DNA of 64,000 nucleotides from NCBI RefSeq assembly GCF_006345805.1, contig NC_042999.1:114142001-114206000 (forward strand), in the 5' to 3' direction. The notes beneath the pieces were generated by a model. That model worked only from the letters and a program-made list of their open reading frames with translations. It was not told the DNA's origin and ran no database searches. This document shows, piece after piece, positions 38,346 to 52,040 of the stretch (positions within the stretch are counted from its first letter, which is position 1; every line of letters starts with the position of its first letter). A program made the translations under genes and the position numbers. Source of the stretch: Octopus sinensis (lineage: Eukaryota).

Positions 38346-38956
38346 GGAAGCAAGCTTCTTAACCACAGCCACATTTGCACCTATGGAGATGAGGAGTAAG
38401 TTATTTCCTTGACTCAGTGGAGACCTTTATTATACATACACTAACCACTAATATTCAACCAGGCAACAGGCAGATCACCTAACAGAACCTTTTAACAAAT
38501 TCAAGTGAACCAATATTGCAGTCTATTGTGTTTTTAAGTGTAGACAGAAGATACTGTTAGCTGTATCAATTAACCAGGTACAGTAGATGTGATGATATTA
38601 CCAGTTAGTCTACCTGAATTGACATTACAATTCAGGTGCATTCACCGCTTACACTTCTAACAGACAGACTAAGCCACTCACTCCTTCCTTTCTCACTCTC
38701 ACACTCCTGATCCATGTCAAATGCAAATATTTTCATAAACGAGACATCTATAGATTATTCTATTCCAATATATTTATCACTATAAGTAACTATTGGCAGC
38801 AGCAATACTCCCCGCCTCCACATTAAATGAAACAACACACACACAATAATTGTAAAGAAATATCTTGTAGCCAAAGACTAGCTAAACAATCCATTTGTGG
38901 TTAGTTTTAGATTTCACCAATCAAAACTAATTGAAGTAGCAAGTTATATATATATA

Positions 38957-40784
38957 TATCATCATCATCATTTAGCGTCCGCTTTCCATGCTAGCATGGG
39001 TTGGACAGTTCAACTGGGGTCTGGCAAGCCCGAAGGCTGCACCAGGCCAGTCAGATCTGGCAGTGTTTCTACAGCTGGATGCCCTTCCTAACGCCAACCA
39101 CTCCGAGAGCGTAGTGGGTGATTTTATGTGCCACCGACACAGGTGCCAGTCGAGGCTGGCAGACGGCCACGCTCGGATGGTGTTTTTTATGTGCCACCGA
39201 CACAGGTGCCAGACGAGGCTGGCAGACGGCCACGTTTGGATATGGTGTTTTCGTATGTGCCACCGACACAGGTGTCAGACAGGGCTGGTGAACGGCTACG
39301 ATCGGATGGTGTTTGTTACGTGCCCACAGCACGGAGGCCAGTCGATGCGGTACTGGCTACGGTCCCGTTCGGATGGTTCTCTTATGTGCCACCGGCACTG
39401 GTGCACAAGGATACAAATTCCATTGATGTTCATCTATTTTGATTTGGTTTGATTTGATTCGATTTGACTTCGATTTGACTTGACTTTCACTTGCCTCAAC
39501 AGGTCTTCACAAGTGTCACAAGCAGGAAGGTATGCACAGGTGGACTGACTACGTCCCAGGTAGGGGCCACGGGTTATGGCTTCACTAGTCTTGCCGGGTC
39601 TTCTCACGCACAGCATACTTCCATAGGTCTCGGTCTCTAGTCATTTCCATGGTGAGACCTAACGTTCGAAGGTCGTGCTTCACCACCTCGTCCCAGGTTT
39701 TCCTGGGTCTACCTCTTCCACGGGTTCCCTCAACTGCTAGGGATTGGCACTTTCTCACACACCTATCTTCATCCATTCTCGCCACATGACCATACCAGCG
39801 CAATTGTCTCTCTTGCACGCAACAACTGATGCTTCTTAGGTACAACATTTCTCTCAGGGAACTAACGCTCTGTCGAGTAAGTACACTGACATTACACATC
39901 CATCGGAGCATACTGGCTTCATTCCTCATGAGCTTACGCATGTCCTCAGCAGTCACGGCCCATGTTTCACTGCCATGTAGCATGGCAGTTCGAACACATG
40001 CATCATACAGTCTGCCCTTTACTCTGAGCGAGAGGCCTTTAGTCACCAGCAGAGGTAAGAGCTCCTTAAACTTTGCCCAGGCTATTCTTATTCTAGCAGT
40101 TACGCTCTCAGCGCACCCACCCCCACTACTGACTTGGTCACCTAGATAACGGAAGCTATCAACTACTTCTAATTTTTCCCCCTGGAAAGTGACGGAAGTT
40201 GTTTTCTGCAGATTTTCGGAGGTCAATGCTCCCGAGCATCTGCCACATACAAAAACTATCTTCCCAGTTAGCCTACCTTTGACATTGCTGCACCTCTTAT
40301 GTGTCCATAGCTTACACTGGGTACATCTTATAGAGTTTCTACCTACACCTTTTCTACAGATCGAGCAGGGCCATCTTCCTGAGGACATTTGTGGATTGCC
40401 TACCTTTCTACTTATTAGTACTTTGGTTTTAGCTAGGTTGACTCTAAGGCCCCTCGATTCTAAACCCTCCTTCCACACCTGGAACTTCTCCTCCAGTTCT
40501 GATAGTGACTCAGCAATTAGAGCGAGGTCGTCAGCATAGAGGAGCTCCCAGGGGCAACCTGTCTTGAATTCCTCCACAATTGCCTGGAGGACTATGATAA
40601 ATAGGAGGGGGCTGAGTACTGAACCCTGGTGGACCCCAACCTCTACTTTGAATTCTTCTGTGTACATGTTGCCAACCCTAATCTTGCTTACGGCATCTCT
40701 GTACATGGCTTGCACAGCCCTCACCAGCCATTCATCTATCCCTAGTTTCCTCATTGACCACCAGATGAGGGATCGGGGGACCCT
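38957..40784 (-). mobile_element. 5'-truncated RTE LINE with an uninterrupted RT C-terminal ORF (39585-40754) and full 3'UTR
   Basis: 389 aa with GVHQGSVLSP, LLYADD, FRYLG and GRGRPRKTW; ~630-bp UTR with 63-66-bp repeats; (GAT)n tail. Confidence 0.95.
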
Positions 40785-40785
40785 A

Positions 40786-41870
40786 CAGGGTGTGATGGGT
40801 AAACTGTCACCCTTTTATATTTTTGATCTTGCACATGTGCATTGTCTGTTTTTGATTTTGGCATCTACACAGTATAGTAGGGTCAGTTGGGCACCATCTG
40901 TAAGAAAAACAGCACCATATGCAATTCACTATGCCAGTACTGCTTGGCATTTGTATTGGAAGCTCCAATACGAACATTTCAGAGTGTTTGGGTGTCAATC
41001 TGAGGACAGTCCAGAAGATACAGAGAGAGATGGATGAGTCTAAAGGTGATTACGAAGATACGGCAGCTTGGAAAACTCGCTCTGATCATTCGGATAAGAA
41101 AAGAATTCCTGAATTTGTTGATGAGATCCAGACTATGATTGACAACAATCCCTCAAATTCATCGCCAGCAACATGGGCGTGTCTGAGTTTCTTATCAGGC
41201 AGGTAGTGCATGAAGACATTCAGTATTCCTCATACAAGATGAGAAATGGCCAATTTCTATCCCAAGCCATCAAGGACAAGAGAAAAGACAGTGCTACGAA
41301 GCTTTTGAACAAACTCAAGCATTCCTTCCAACCAAACAGGCTTTGGTTTTTCTCAGATGAGAAAAATTTCTGCCAGGATCACATGGTGAACACACAGAAC
41401 AAGTATTGACTTGCTGTGTCTCCAAAACATCCAGTCAACATCATGGTGTTTGGAGTGATCACAGGTGACAGTGAGGTTATGCCCACATGGCCTCACACTC
41501 AACATGAAGGCCTACATCAAGTACCTGGAGGAGGTAGTGCTGCCCTGGGTCAAGAGGGTGGCTGCTGGAAGGCCCTATGTCTCGCAACAGGACTATGCAC
41601 TATGCCACACAAGCAGGAGAACCCAGTCATAGCTGTCAGACAATTTCTGCGACTGCATCACCCCAAACATCTGGCCGCCTAACTCCCCAGACTGCAATCC
41701 CCTTGTTTATTATGTGTGGGGTGCAGTTGAGTGAGAGTCCAACAAAACTCCTTGTAACACCAAAGATGAACTGAAGACAAGGATTATGGGAACATTCACA
41801 AACTTAAACAAGGAGACTGTCCAGAAGAGTTGCAGGAGATTCCAAAGTCGTCTGGAGGTTGCAGTTTAAG
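40786..41870 (+). mobile_element. Tc1/mariner DD37D (maT) transposon fossil, right end missing
   Basis: TA|cagggtgtgatggg left end; WFFSDEK, MVFGVI, QQD-(37 aa)-WPPNSPDCNPL[V for D]YYVWG; stops and frameshifts. Confidence 0.88.
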
Positions 41871-41894
41871 TTTAACTGATAATCCAATAACATG

Positions 41895-42542
41895 CACAAT
41901 TGTTCTATATTAAAATTTTGTTGTATGCTCAGTTCAATATTAGCTAATAACTCATTTCTATGGTGATGTTTAAACAAAATTGAAATAATTCTACTTTTAG
42001 CTGTATTTACCTGTAATCAGAGTCACTTTGAGACAAAAATTATGCAATAGATTTATTTAAGAACCTTTCATTAAATTGAGTTCTAAAAATCACAATCATG
42101 AGGAGACATGAATGACCATGGGATTGTACCTAGAAAGTTACCCTCCGAGGCACAAGCCAGGGCAAGATTGTTTGTGGAAAGCCAGCTGTCACCCATGCAT
42201 ACCAGCCTCCCCTCTCCACACCACTAATGTTATCCAAGGGAATAGCAAAGGCCAATACAGCTTGGTACCAGTGACGTTGCAACTCATTTCTACAGCTGAG
42301 TTAACTGGAGCAACGTGAAATAAAGTGTCTTGCTCAAGAACACAACACACAGCTTGGTCTAGGAATCAAACTCATAACCTCACGATTGTAAGTTCTATGC
42401 TCTTACCACTGAGCCATGCGCCTTCACAAAAATCACAATAATAGGTTGATAAATAAAAACCATTGTAAACTCATGATTATATTAGAATTGAACTGAAACC
42501 CACAAAGGGTGTATTTGGGTCAGAAATATAGCAATGAAAGGG
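41895..42542 (+). mobile_element. Right end of the piggyBac element seen at 45448-46511
   Basis: Colinear with 46190-46511 (aatattagctaataac..., tcagaaatatagcaatgaaaggg). Confidence 0.7.
42097..42427 (-). mobile_element. SINE family C with 12-bp TSD
   Basis: aaaaatcacaat at 42085-96 and 42428-39; tRNA-like head gtgaaggcgcatggctcagtggt. Confidence 0.85.
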
Positions 42543-43679
42543 ATATTTTGCAGATATTTTGAGTAACTGTGTCTCCAGTAAAATACTCCTGGGTGGTTTT
42601 ATTGTACTGACATATATATTTTCATACAATCTTGCACAGCCTCTGGGATAGAGTGCATAATTAGCTGGGTGGGAAGTTGTGTATGAGTAGTCCCCCAGAA
42701 ATATAATTTCCAGGTGTCATATTTGTTTATAAATAGCTTCATTAGTATTTTAGGAAGTGGTTGATTGTAAAAAAATAAAAATAAAATATAAATATAAATA
42801 CAAGTTATGGTCAGTGTATGCACTGCTGCTGCTGTTGCACCATCAAACAAACCAAACAAGTTTCTATTAAGTCATATCCAACTGAAAATAAATACTATTT
42901 TCACATCACAGTTGGATGGGTTGGCTTTATGTGGGTGTGTGTATGTGCGTGAGTATCAACAAATTAATTTTGTGTCTAAATTTAGAGAGCAGTCATACTC
43001 TAAAATGGAAATATTTATTAAATAAGACAAAACGAAAAGAAAAAAAAAAAAGAATTATTTTGTGATTTATGGTCTGCTATTTCAAAAGCAGTTGAGAGAT
43101 TGATTAATAACGACAACATGTCATATAATGCCAATAGCAACCGTGGTATCATTTATATTTTTTCTCTTGAAAAGTGTGGGGGTAGTAAATATCCAGAAAG
43201 AGGAACTTTGGTACTCTAGTGGGACAGCTCTTAAAGCACAATTTAATAGCTACTGTTGAGATTATCCAGAAACACACACATACATACATGTTGCATTCAA
43301 GTGGTTTTAGTAAACAAAACTATCAACAAATAATAATAAGACAGATAAGCAAGATAAAGCCATTGTTGCTTAAGAAACATAGGACAAAATTTATTGACAT
43401 ATGGTTCTTCTGTAGATTATCTGTACTAATTATGATCTGATAGTTTGGCTTACATATCAAATTGATCATGGGAATAGCAGCAAGTTTCATTAGGTACAAA
43501 AGGAAGCACAGGTGAGTGTAAAAGCAATTGCCTGTCTTGATGAACTTATTTTTACACAAGCAAACTGTTCAAACTATTACAATATAGAAAGCATGATCCT
43601 AAACAATAATACTGTTGACATTGCATTTCTTTCCAAAAAGAGCAGTTCAAGAAAATGATTTGGATATATCTCTTATCTT

Positions 43680-43986
43680 TTAAGAAACAAACAAAAACTG
43701 TTAGATTCACTTCAACATTAAATTTAATTTGTCAAAATATTTTCGTCTCTTTGAGACCGCGACCTGTTCACTGACAAAGTTTTGTGCTGCAGAATTTTGT
43801 CAGTGAACAGGTCGCAGTCTCAAAGCAACGAAAATATTTTGATAAATTAAATTTAAATCTTGAAGTGAATCTAATGGTTTTTGTGTGTTTCTTAAATGGC
43901 TTATAAACACCTTCCACGCTGCAATTGTTTTCGTTCCAGCACACAATCTCAGATCAGGTCACTTGCTCTGCAAGTACATCTCCGTA
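43680..43986. mobile_element. Foldback MITE-like element (left arm truncated)
   Basis: 43680-43778 pairs with 43796-43895; ends gcaagtacatctccg|ta. Confidence 0.75.
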
Positions 43987-43999
43987 ATTTTATCTTTTA

Positions 44000-44312
44000 C
44001 TTGTTACAGTTATTAGACTGTGGCAATGCCTGATACTTATTCTATTGGTCGCTTTTGCCAAACTGCAAAATTATGGGGAGGTAAACAAACCAACACTGGT
44101 TGTCAAGTGGTGGTGGTAGACAAACACAGACACAAAGACATACACACATATATATGATGGGCTTCCTTCAGTTTCCTTCTACAAAATCCACTTATAAGGC
44201 TTTGGTCAGCCTAAGGTTATATAGTAGAAGGCATTTACCTAAGGTGTCATGCAGTTGGACTGAATCCAGAACCATTTGGTTGGGAAGTTAACTTCTCACC
44301 ATACAGCCATGC
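44000..44312 (-). mobile_element. SINE family A, diverged
   Basis: Homology to the 3545 copy. Confidence 0.75.
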
Positions 44313-44899
44313 CTAACTGCCACTTAACATGTCTTCCATGGGTTGGATACTTTGAGCGGATATGATGAGTCAGCAAATTGCATAAGCTTCAATGTTTGCT
44401 TTGGCATAGTTTCTATGGCCAGATGCCCTTTTTAACTCCAATCATTTTATGTAGTGTACAGGTGCATTTTTTTGTGGCACCAGCCATAGTGAGGCCAGCA
44501 AGCCACTCACAAAGCAAAAAAGAAAGCCTCCCTGACAAAGTGAGAGTGTAGTAAAGAGGAAAGTTGCTTCATGCCTAATGTTGAGGGTTTAACATATGAT
44601 AAAAGGACACACACATACACACAACATTAACAAATGCAGTATAAGATAGATAAAAAGACCTCATTATGTGTACTGAACCATGTATCTATTGCTTGCTGGG
44701 CAATTGTACTTCCAGTTAGACCAACAGGTCTGAATGAATTTGAGTACCATTCAAATTCTCATGATCCACAAGAATAGTTGACAATTTAGCAGCTATCTAA
44801 CAACTATCAGACAAGGTTCACAAATCAGTGTTCAATAGTTGTTCAAGGTCACACTGGAATTTCTCTATATTTATGACTTAGGGCAGCATTTCATCATCA

Positions 44900-45088
44900 T
44901 CATCATCATCGTCGTTTAACGTCCGTTCTCCATGCTAGCATGGGTTGGACGGTTCGACCGGGGTTCTGGGAAGCCAGAAGGCTGCACCAGGCTCCAGTCT
45001 AATCTGGCAATGTTTCTACAGCTGGATGCCCTTCCTAACGCCAACCACTCCGTGAGTGTAGTGGGTGCTTTTTACGTGCCACCTGCAC
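44900..45088 (-). mobile_element. Young RTE 3' end
   Basis: (ATC)n then aacgtccgttctccatgctagcatggg..., close to 38957. Confidence 0.85.
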
Positions 45089-45331
45089 AACCATTTTTTC
45101 ACCTATGGACCCCTTTAATTCCTATTTTAGTCGGATGGACCCTCATAACCATTCAATATTTAAAAAATTCTATTATATTTTTCTAATTAAATATTATTGG
45201 GAATTGTAAAGAAATTCTAAAAAAATGTTTGTGCATTGCAAAAATATAACCAGTTTATTGCATATAAATTTTAACAGCAAAATATTACATGGAGCCCCAA
45301 GGGCCATATGGACTCTGGTTGAGAACCACTG
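45089..45331. mobile_element. hAT-type MITE (left TIR lost)
   Basis: atggacccctttaattcc... ends gttgagaaccactg; same family as 11220. Confidence 0.7.
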
Positions 45332-45358
45332 CTTTAAAGAGTGTAAAGGTTTAAAAGT

Positions 45359-46683
45359 CAGTGGTCCTCGGTTATTTTTTACCTATGGACCCCTTTAATT
45401 CCTATTTTACTTTAGTGAAGCCCTCTTCCTCTACATTTGATGTTTAACCCTTTCGTTACCAAACCGCCCAAAGCCGCCCGAAAAAAATTTTGGTTAATGT
45501 GACCAAACCGCCCAAACCCGCCCGTATTTACCTATTCATATTTAAATGAGAATATCAGAGCAAATCTCTTTAGTACATTCGTGAAAACATGTGATTATAC
45601 TTCGTAAACAGTTTATCTACAGTTTTGTACAACGATCGAAATGTAATTTTAATTCCGTGAATTTTGGGAGATTTTTTTCCGAAATTTGTTCCTATTGTGT
45701 TTTCAAAATTTGTAATTCTGACAAAAAATGGATACGAATTTCATTATATCAAGCAGCGAGTCAGAATTCGAAGGATTTTCTACTGAAGACCTTGATAAAT
45801 CTAACTCTATGACTGAAAAAAAAAAAAAGCACGTGGTATTTGATAATGAATCTGATGTTTCATTTTCTGAAAGTGAAAACAGTGAATCCGAGAGCTCCGA
45901 CAGCGATAAAGAAAATGAATTGGTACCTGAATGGAGTGAAAATTTAAAAACTGTTTCTTTCGGTGATTTTTCTGAAGAAACTGGACCAAACCACAGACTA
46001 TTTCTTTTTACTTTTTCGAATGAGCCTATTTGAAATCATTACGGCGGAAACGAACCGTTACGCTAAATGTAAACAAAGTGAAAGAAAGGATAGTTAGTGG
46101 TTTCCCACAACCTTAAATGAAATTAAGACTATTTTGCCATAAATATTATTATGGGTATCAGAAAGTTACCCAGAATAACAAATTCTATCGTAAAATTTTG
46201 TTGTATACCCAATTGAATATTAGCTAATAACCCATTTTCTATAGCGATGTTTGAACAAAATTTTAATAATTTTATATTTTGTTGAATTTACCTGTATCTA
46301 CCTGCAATTAGAGTCACTTTGTGACAAAAATTATAGTATAGAATTGGTTGAGAACATTTCATTAAATTATCTTCCAAAAATCACATTAATATATTGATAA
46401 ATAAAAAAGTTATAGTTGTTTAATGAAACCAGACTAAATTTATGATTATGTTAGAAATTAATTGAAACACATAAGGGGTGTATTTTGGTCAGAAATATAG
46501 TAACGAAAGGGTTAAAAAACGTCCCATTATATTTTTATAAATAAATATTAAGAATTGTATAAAAAAATTGTTAAAACATTTTGTGAATCATAGACATGTA
46601 ACGAATTTATTGCAGATAAATTTTAACAGCAAAATCTTATATGGCCCCCCTAGGACCATGTGGACCCCAGTTGAGAACTACTG
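45359..46683. mobile_element. hAT-type MITE carrying a piggyBac insertion
   Basis: cagtggtcctc ... gttgagaactactg. Confidence 0.7.
45448..46511 (+). mobile_element. Non-autonomous piggyBac deletion derivative (1064 bp)
   Basis: TTAA at 45444-47 and 46512-15; 12-bp TIR ccctttcgttac/gtaacgaaaggg; acidic N-terminus (ORF 45728), then ITAETNRYA..WFPTTLNEIK..IIMGIRKLP (PGBD4-like). Confidence 0.9.
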
Positions 46684-47169
46684 ACTTAAAGTAAGCTTAA
46701 AAATCATCATCATTTAATGTCTGTCTTACATGCTGGCATGGGTTGGACAGTTTGACAGGATCTAATAAATCAGAGGACTATGTTGAACTCCAATGTCTGC
46801 TTTGGCACAGCTGGATGCCCTTCCTAATGCCAACTAATTTTCAGAGTATACTAAATGCTTTTTCTGTGAAGGCTGTCAAATGACTTGCAAGAAAAAGAAG
46901 CCTTTTTGGAGGTGGTGGCATTATGTCAGGAGCTGATAGGCTAAAGTATGAGTGGCAACTCAGTATAGAAGAAATACATGGTCATCTAACATTATTTAGA
47001 AGTAGGTAGGAGAAAATAGAAATGTTAATGATGAGGTGTAAGAGGATAATATCAAGGTACAAGAAGGTGAGTATAAGAGAATATGGACCAGGGATGGGGA
47101 GGTGTGAGTGAATAAGATTTGATAAGTGTGAGAGGAGGGCAACATATATTTATGGATGAGGATAGAGGC

Positions 47170-48295
47170 ATCCACATCTGGAATTTCTTTCCTAGTTCTA
47201 CTACAGATTCCACTATGAGTCAGGTCATCATCATATGGTAGTTTCTAAGAGTAGCCAGTCTTATATCCCTTCGTTATAGCCAGAATATGAACAGGTAGGA
47301 ACAAAGAACTGAGCCCTGGTGAATTCCTACCTATACTCTTAATTCATTGTTGTATGAGTAGCTAACTCTCATATTACTGACAGTGTCCCTGTACGTGGCT
47401 TGTATGGCTCTCACAAACCATTTCTTACCCCTAACTTTCTCAGAGATTACCATATCACAGAGTGAGGGACCCTGTCTATTTTTCGCTAAATACTTCCTCT
47501 TGCAGTTGTCTTACTAAAAAGAGGGCATCAACAGTATTCCTTCTTAGTACAAAACCAAGCTGCATTTCATCCAGACTAATCCTCTTTCTAAATATCTGAA
47601 CAATATCTCTTTTTCTAACTTTCATGATCTGGTCTAGTAGTTTAATACTTCTCTAATTACTTCTATCTAAAGTATCTCCTTTACCATCTTAACAGATGAC
47701 TAAAATGCTGCTACACCAGTCGTTGGGTATGATACCTTCCTAAACAACTTGATTAACTATATGGTTGACTAGGCGTATCTATTACCAGATATTTTAAGCA
47801 TCTCAGCGATGATTCCTAATAGACCAGGGGCTTTCCCCATCTTTATAGCTTTAACTGTTTTATCTATCATTCTGCTGCCAGCTATGATAGCTAGTCTCTC
47901 TGTTGAGTCCACATTGGGAAGATCCTATTTTCCCCTATGCATTCTTCACATTTAGTAACCTTCTCTTTCACTGTAGCACTTCTATATCTCTTTCTTTTCA
48001 GAATCATGAAGTGTAATGTACCATTATCCATCTGCACACATTTCTCACCTACAACATCTCAGTTATCACTGATAACTGCCTGGATTGCAACGTTGTCTTG
48101 CAATCCAGAACACCTCATGACTTTGATCCTCACATTGTAGAACATTGGATAAACCTCTTGCTTTCTATTTCTCTGTTATTTAAACCTGACATCTAGATAG
48201 ATTATCTCCTAGCAACCTGGTACAGCTCTCTGCCGCTTCTTTTTCTCCAGTCTTTGCAAGACTGTCTTTTTGCTTCATTACCACATCACCCGCAG
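47170..48295 (-). mobile_element. Old RTE LINE fragment (linker plus RT N-half)
   Basis: Decayed homology to 1450-1960 and 40480-40780 (gagggaccctgtc, actgagccctggtgaattcc). Confidence 0.7.
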
Positions 48296-48300
48296 AGATT

Positions 48301-48434
<134 letters not shown>

Positions 48435-49613
48435 CATACATATACACACTTCTCACTCATACTGGTTTGCCATGGATTGATCAATCCATAACAAGAAAGA
48501 AATAAATACATGTCATAAACCTGATGAAGATGAATGACTCGGTAATGAAATATATAAACTGATGGTACAAAATAGAGAAACAGAGTGTTTCACAAATGAA
48601 TAGCTCTCCAAATGCTGATTAATCAATCAATCATCGAATAATAATGGTATGCTAGGTTGAGTGAGTGATATGCCCTGCGGGGGTTTTTTCGTTGGCGGTT
48701 AGACATTTGTTTTTACTGTGTAGATAATAATAATAAGTTTGTTTCCACTATATAGTCACTTTGAAGACAAAACAAAAAATCATTATGAGAAGAAAATCAA
48801 ATCTATATATTACTCTATGTATTGTTTTAAGAGAATCTGTTCAACTATGTATGTTGCTGTAAAGCAACGAAAATACATCATTTGACTTTGGAAAGTGAAA
48901 TCTAGTAATAATCTCAGAGCTTATAGTGTTGTATTGATGTAACTAACTCTCAGACCAGCGGAAGACTGACCAACTGGTCTCAGTTTGACTTGCTATTGGA
49001 TTTAATCATTGGTTCTCATTATAGGCTGCATGTGATGGCTGCTGTCCAACAGTCTATTCTAGGTTGAACTTATCGAACAAGAGCATCCTCCACCCCATCC
49101 CATATGGATATTTTACTCAATTGCAAGGGGATTGATTAAGAAAAAAATCTCTTCCTGCCCTTCCTTCTATCACAACATGGAAAACACATGCACACAGACA
49201 CACACTGCCTCCTAGCCAACTGCATTGCATGTTGTCTACACTCTCTACTTAGCTGTCCTAAACTAGCAGACTGACACTGACTTTCCATTAAGTCTTTGTT
49301 ACTTTTTTGTGACACCATTTTCAAAATATAAGCTCAGGGGCTCTATTTCACAGTGACACAAAACACATATAGATATCAGTTCATCATCATCATTTTATTG
49401 TCCACTTTTCCATGTTCATGTGAGTTGGATGGAATTTGTTGGGGCAGATTTTCTATGGCCAGATGCCCTTCCTGTTGCCAACCCTGTTTCCAAGTAAGGT
49501 AATATTTCCCAATAACCAGACATATTTTCACAGAATACTGAATAGGAAGGACACCGTTTGCATTCACAACTATCACATGATATCAAAGCAAGGAGACAGC
49601 AACGCACTCACAT

Positions 49614-49655
<42 letters not shown>

Positions 49656-51249
49656 ACGGCAGAGCTCTTTCAATTTTATCTACCAAATCCTCTCATAAGT
49701 CTTTGGCTGGCCTGGGTCAGTAGTAGAAGTTGCCACACAGTGGGACTGTAACAAAAACCATGTGATTATGAAGCAGACTTCCTACCACATAGCTATATAC
49801 ATATTTATTCATAACACACAGTGTATTGGTACTCTACTAATACATATAAAACATACAAATGTACATTTTGAGACAGGAAGGTGCTCATAAGAGAGAAAGT
49901 GGCAATGATGGATAGAAGGATGTAAGTGCCTCACACACAGGATTCAGGAAAATAGCAATATACTGTACTGCCAACCTGTTCAACCCATACAAAAAAATCC
50001 ATTGGTGATGATGATGATGATGATAATGATATTATACTTATTAGTAGAACTACTTGACCTACATCAAGGCATATGATTGAACTACATGAAACTATAATGG
50101 AATCCAACAGTTCAAAATAGATATTTTGTTTTGTCAATATACCTTTGTCAATAATTTGGAGGTAATAAACCCATTATAGTATTTTAACCATACAAACATA
50201 CATTCCCATATATTTATATGTTAAGTCCGTTTATGTGTCTAAATGCATTTATCTGGTTCCAGAAATCTTTTATCCTTTACTTACTTCAGTTGTTGGACTG
50301 ACCATGCTAGGGCATGGCCTTCAATGGTTTGATCAAACAAATTGACTTATTTTTTAAGTCTGGTACCTATTCTGGCAATTTCTTTTGCCAAACCACTAAG
50401 TTATGGGAATGTAAACAAACCAACACCAGTTGATAAGTTATGGAGAAAAAACACAAACATAAAGATGTGTCTGTGCGCACACATATATATAGGTTTGATG
50501 ATGCAGAGTTTGTAAGTGCAAACACACGAAACTCTTGGCCCTTGAGTCACTCCATTGCTTCTGTTAAATATTAATATGACAGGATTCCACACAATTTCCA
50601 TTTACCGAATTCATTTATAAGGTATTGGTTGGTCCAGGGATACAGTAGAAGAGTAGAAGACACTTGCTCAAGATTCTACATCGTGGGACTGAACCTGAAA
50701 CCGTGTGGTTGTAAAGCGAGCTTCTGAACCACACAGCCATGCCTAGCCAGTGTATATTCATTTTTCCTGAGAACTACCCTTCCTCCACCTCTGTTCACTG
50801 ACAGCATTCCTCCTCCCCTCCATCCCCCACACTCTTTTTACACTCTTGCAAACTTATCTGCCCACACACCTTGTTACTTATATACACTTCCTTGTACCTT
50901 GAGGGTACACACCAACTTATCTTCATGATCTCTCTCTCGCTCTCCTTTTCAACCTGAGTTAGCCATGTTATCGTCTCTACTGCAAGACATCTATTTCTAT
51001 CCTTCTATCATACTTTAACCTTTCAATATCTGGCGCAAAGTCACCTCCCTCAATACTACTCTCCACTTAGTTGAGAGGTCTAGTCTTGAAAGTTACTTGG
51101 TGACCTCACTGGTGCTATATAAAAAGTGCCCTGTACACTCTGTAAAATAGTTGGCATTAGGAATGATATTCACAGCTACAGAAACTATGCAAAAGCAGAC
51201 AGCAGAATTTGATGCAGTCCTCTGGTTTGCCAGCTTCTTATTTATTTAT

Positions 51250-51460
51250 TGCCCACAAGGGGCTAAACATAGAGGGGACAAACAAGGACAGACAAAGGGA
51301 TTAAGTCAATTACATTGACCCCAGTGCATAAATGGTACTTAATTTATCAACCCCCGCAAGGATGAAAGGCAAAGTCGACCTCAGTGGAATTTGAACTCAG
51401 AACGTAAAGACAGACAAATTACTGCTAAGCATTTTGCTCAGCGTGCAAATGCTTCTGTTA
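51250..51460 (-). mobile_element. SINE family B inserted in an RTE 3' end
   Basis: Core gatgaaaggcaaagtcgacctc; RTE UTR on both sides (51060-51240, 51460-51530). Confidence 0.75.
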
Positions 51461-52040
51461 AACTGTCTAACCCATGCCAGCATGGAAAGCAGATGTTAAA
51501 TGATGATAATGATGATGATGATAATGATGATATATAGACAGGCTTCTTTCCATCAACAGATGGAAAGAGTTTCAACAGATGGTCTCCCAGTTAATAATGC
51601 AATGTTTTAATCAAAAAGCTATTGATATTTTAACTTAACAGTTCAAAATCAAACAGTTTCAGCTTTTGTTTGGAGACAAACAATGGAACATAATATATGG
51701 CTTTAGATACTGAGTGTTTTATTTCATTAAAAATGTTAACTGAACTAGATAATGATTGTGTGGACATGTATGTATGGCTACATTTAGATATGCCTTATCT
51801 TACACTTGTTTTAAACACTGATTTGGCATTGAGCTATTAACTAAAAATACATATTGACAAATATTTATTTATACTGCACAATTAATACCAACAACAGAAA
51901 AACATATCAAGTGAATAAATTCAATGTCTACCATGTTTCTCAGTAGAAATTATTAATGTAAGTTTACTGTTTTAACATAAAATAATGAGAAGCAGTGCAA
52001 TTATATCAATGACTATGTCTAACAAATAATAAATGTTTAA

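Noticed and set aside
43414-43510. Plus-strand block ending cag|gtgagt
   Set aside because: Stops in all frames from the best acceptor; isolated
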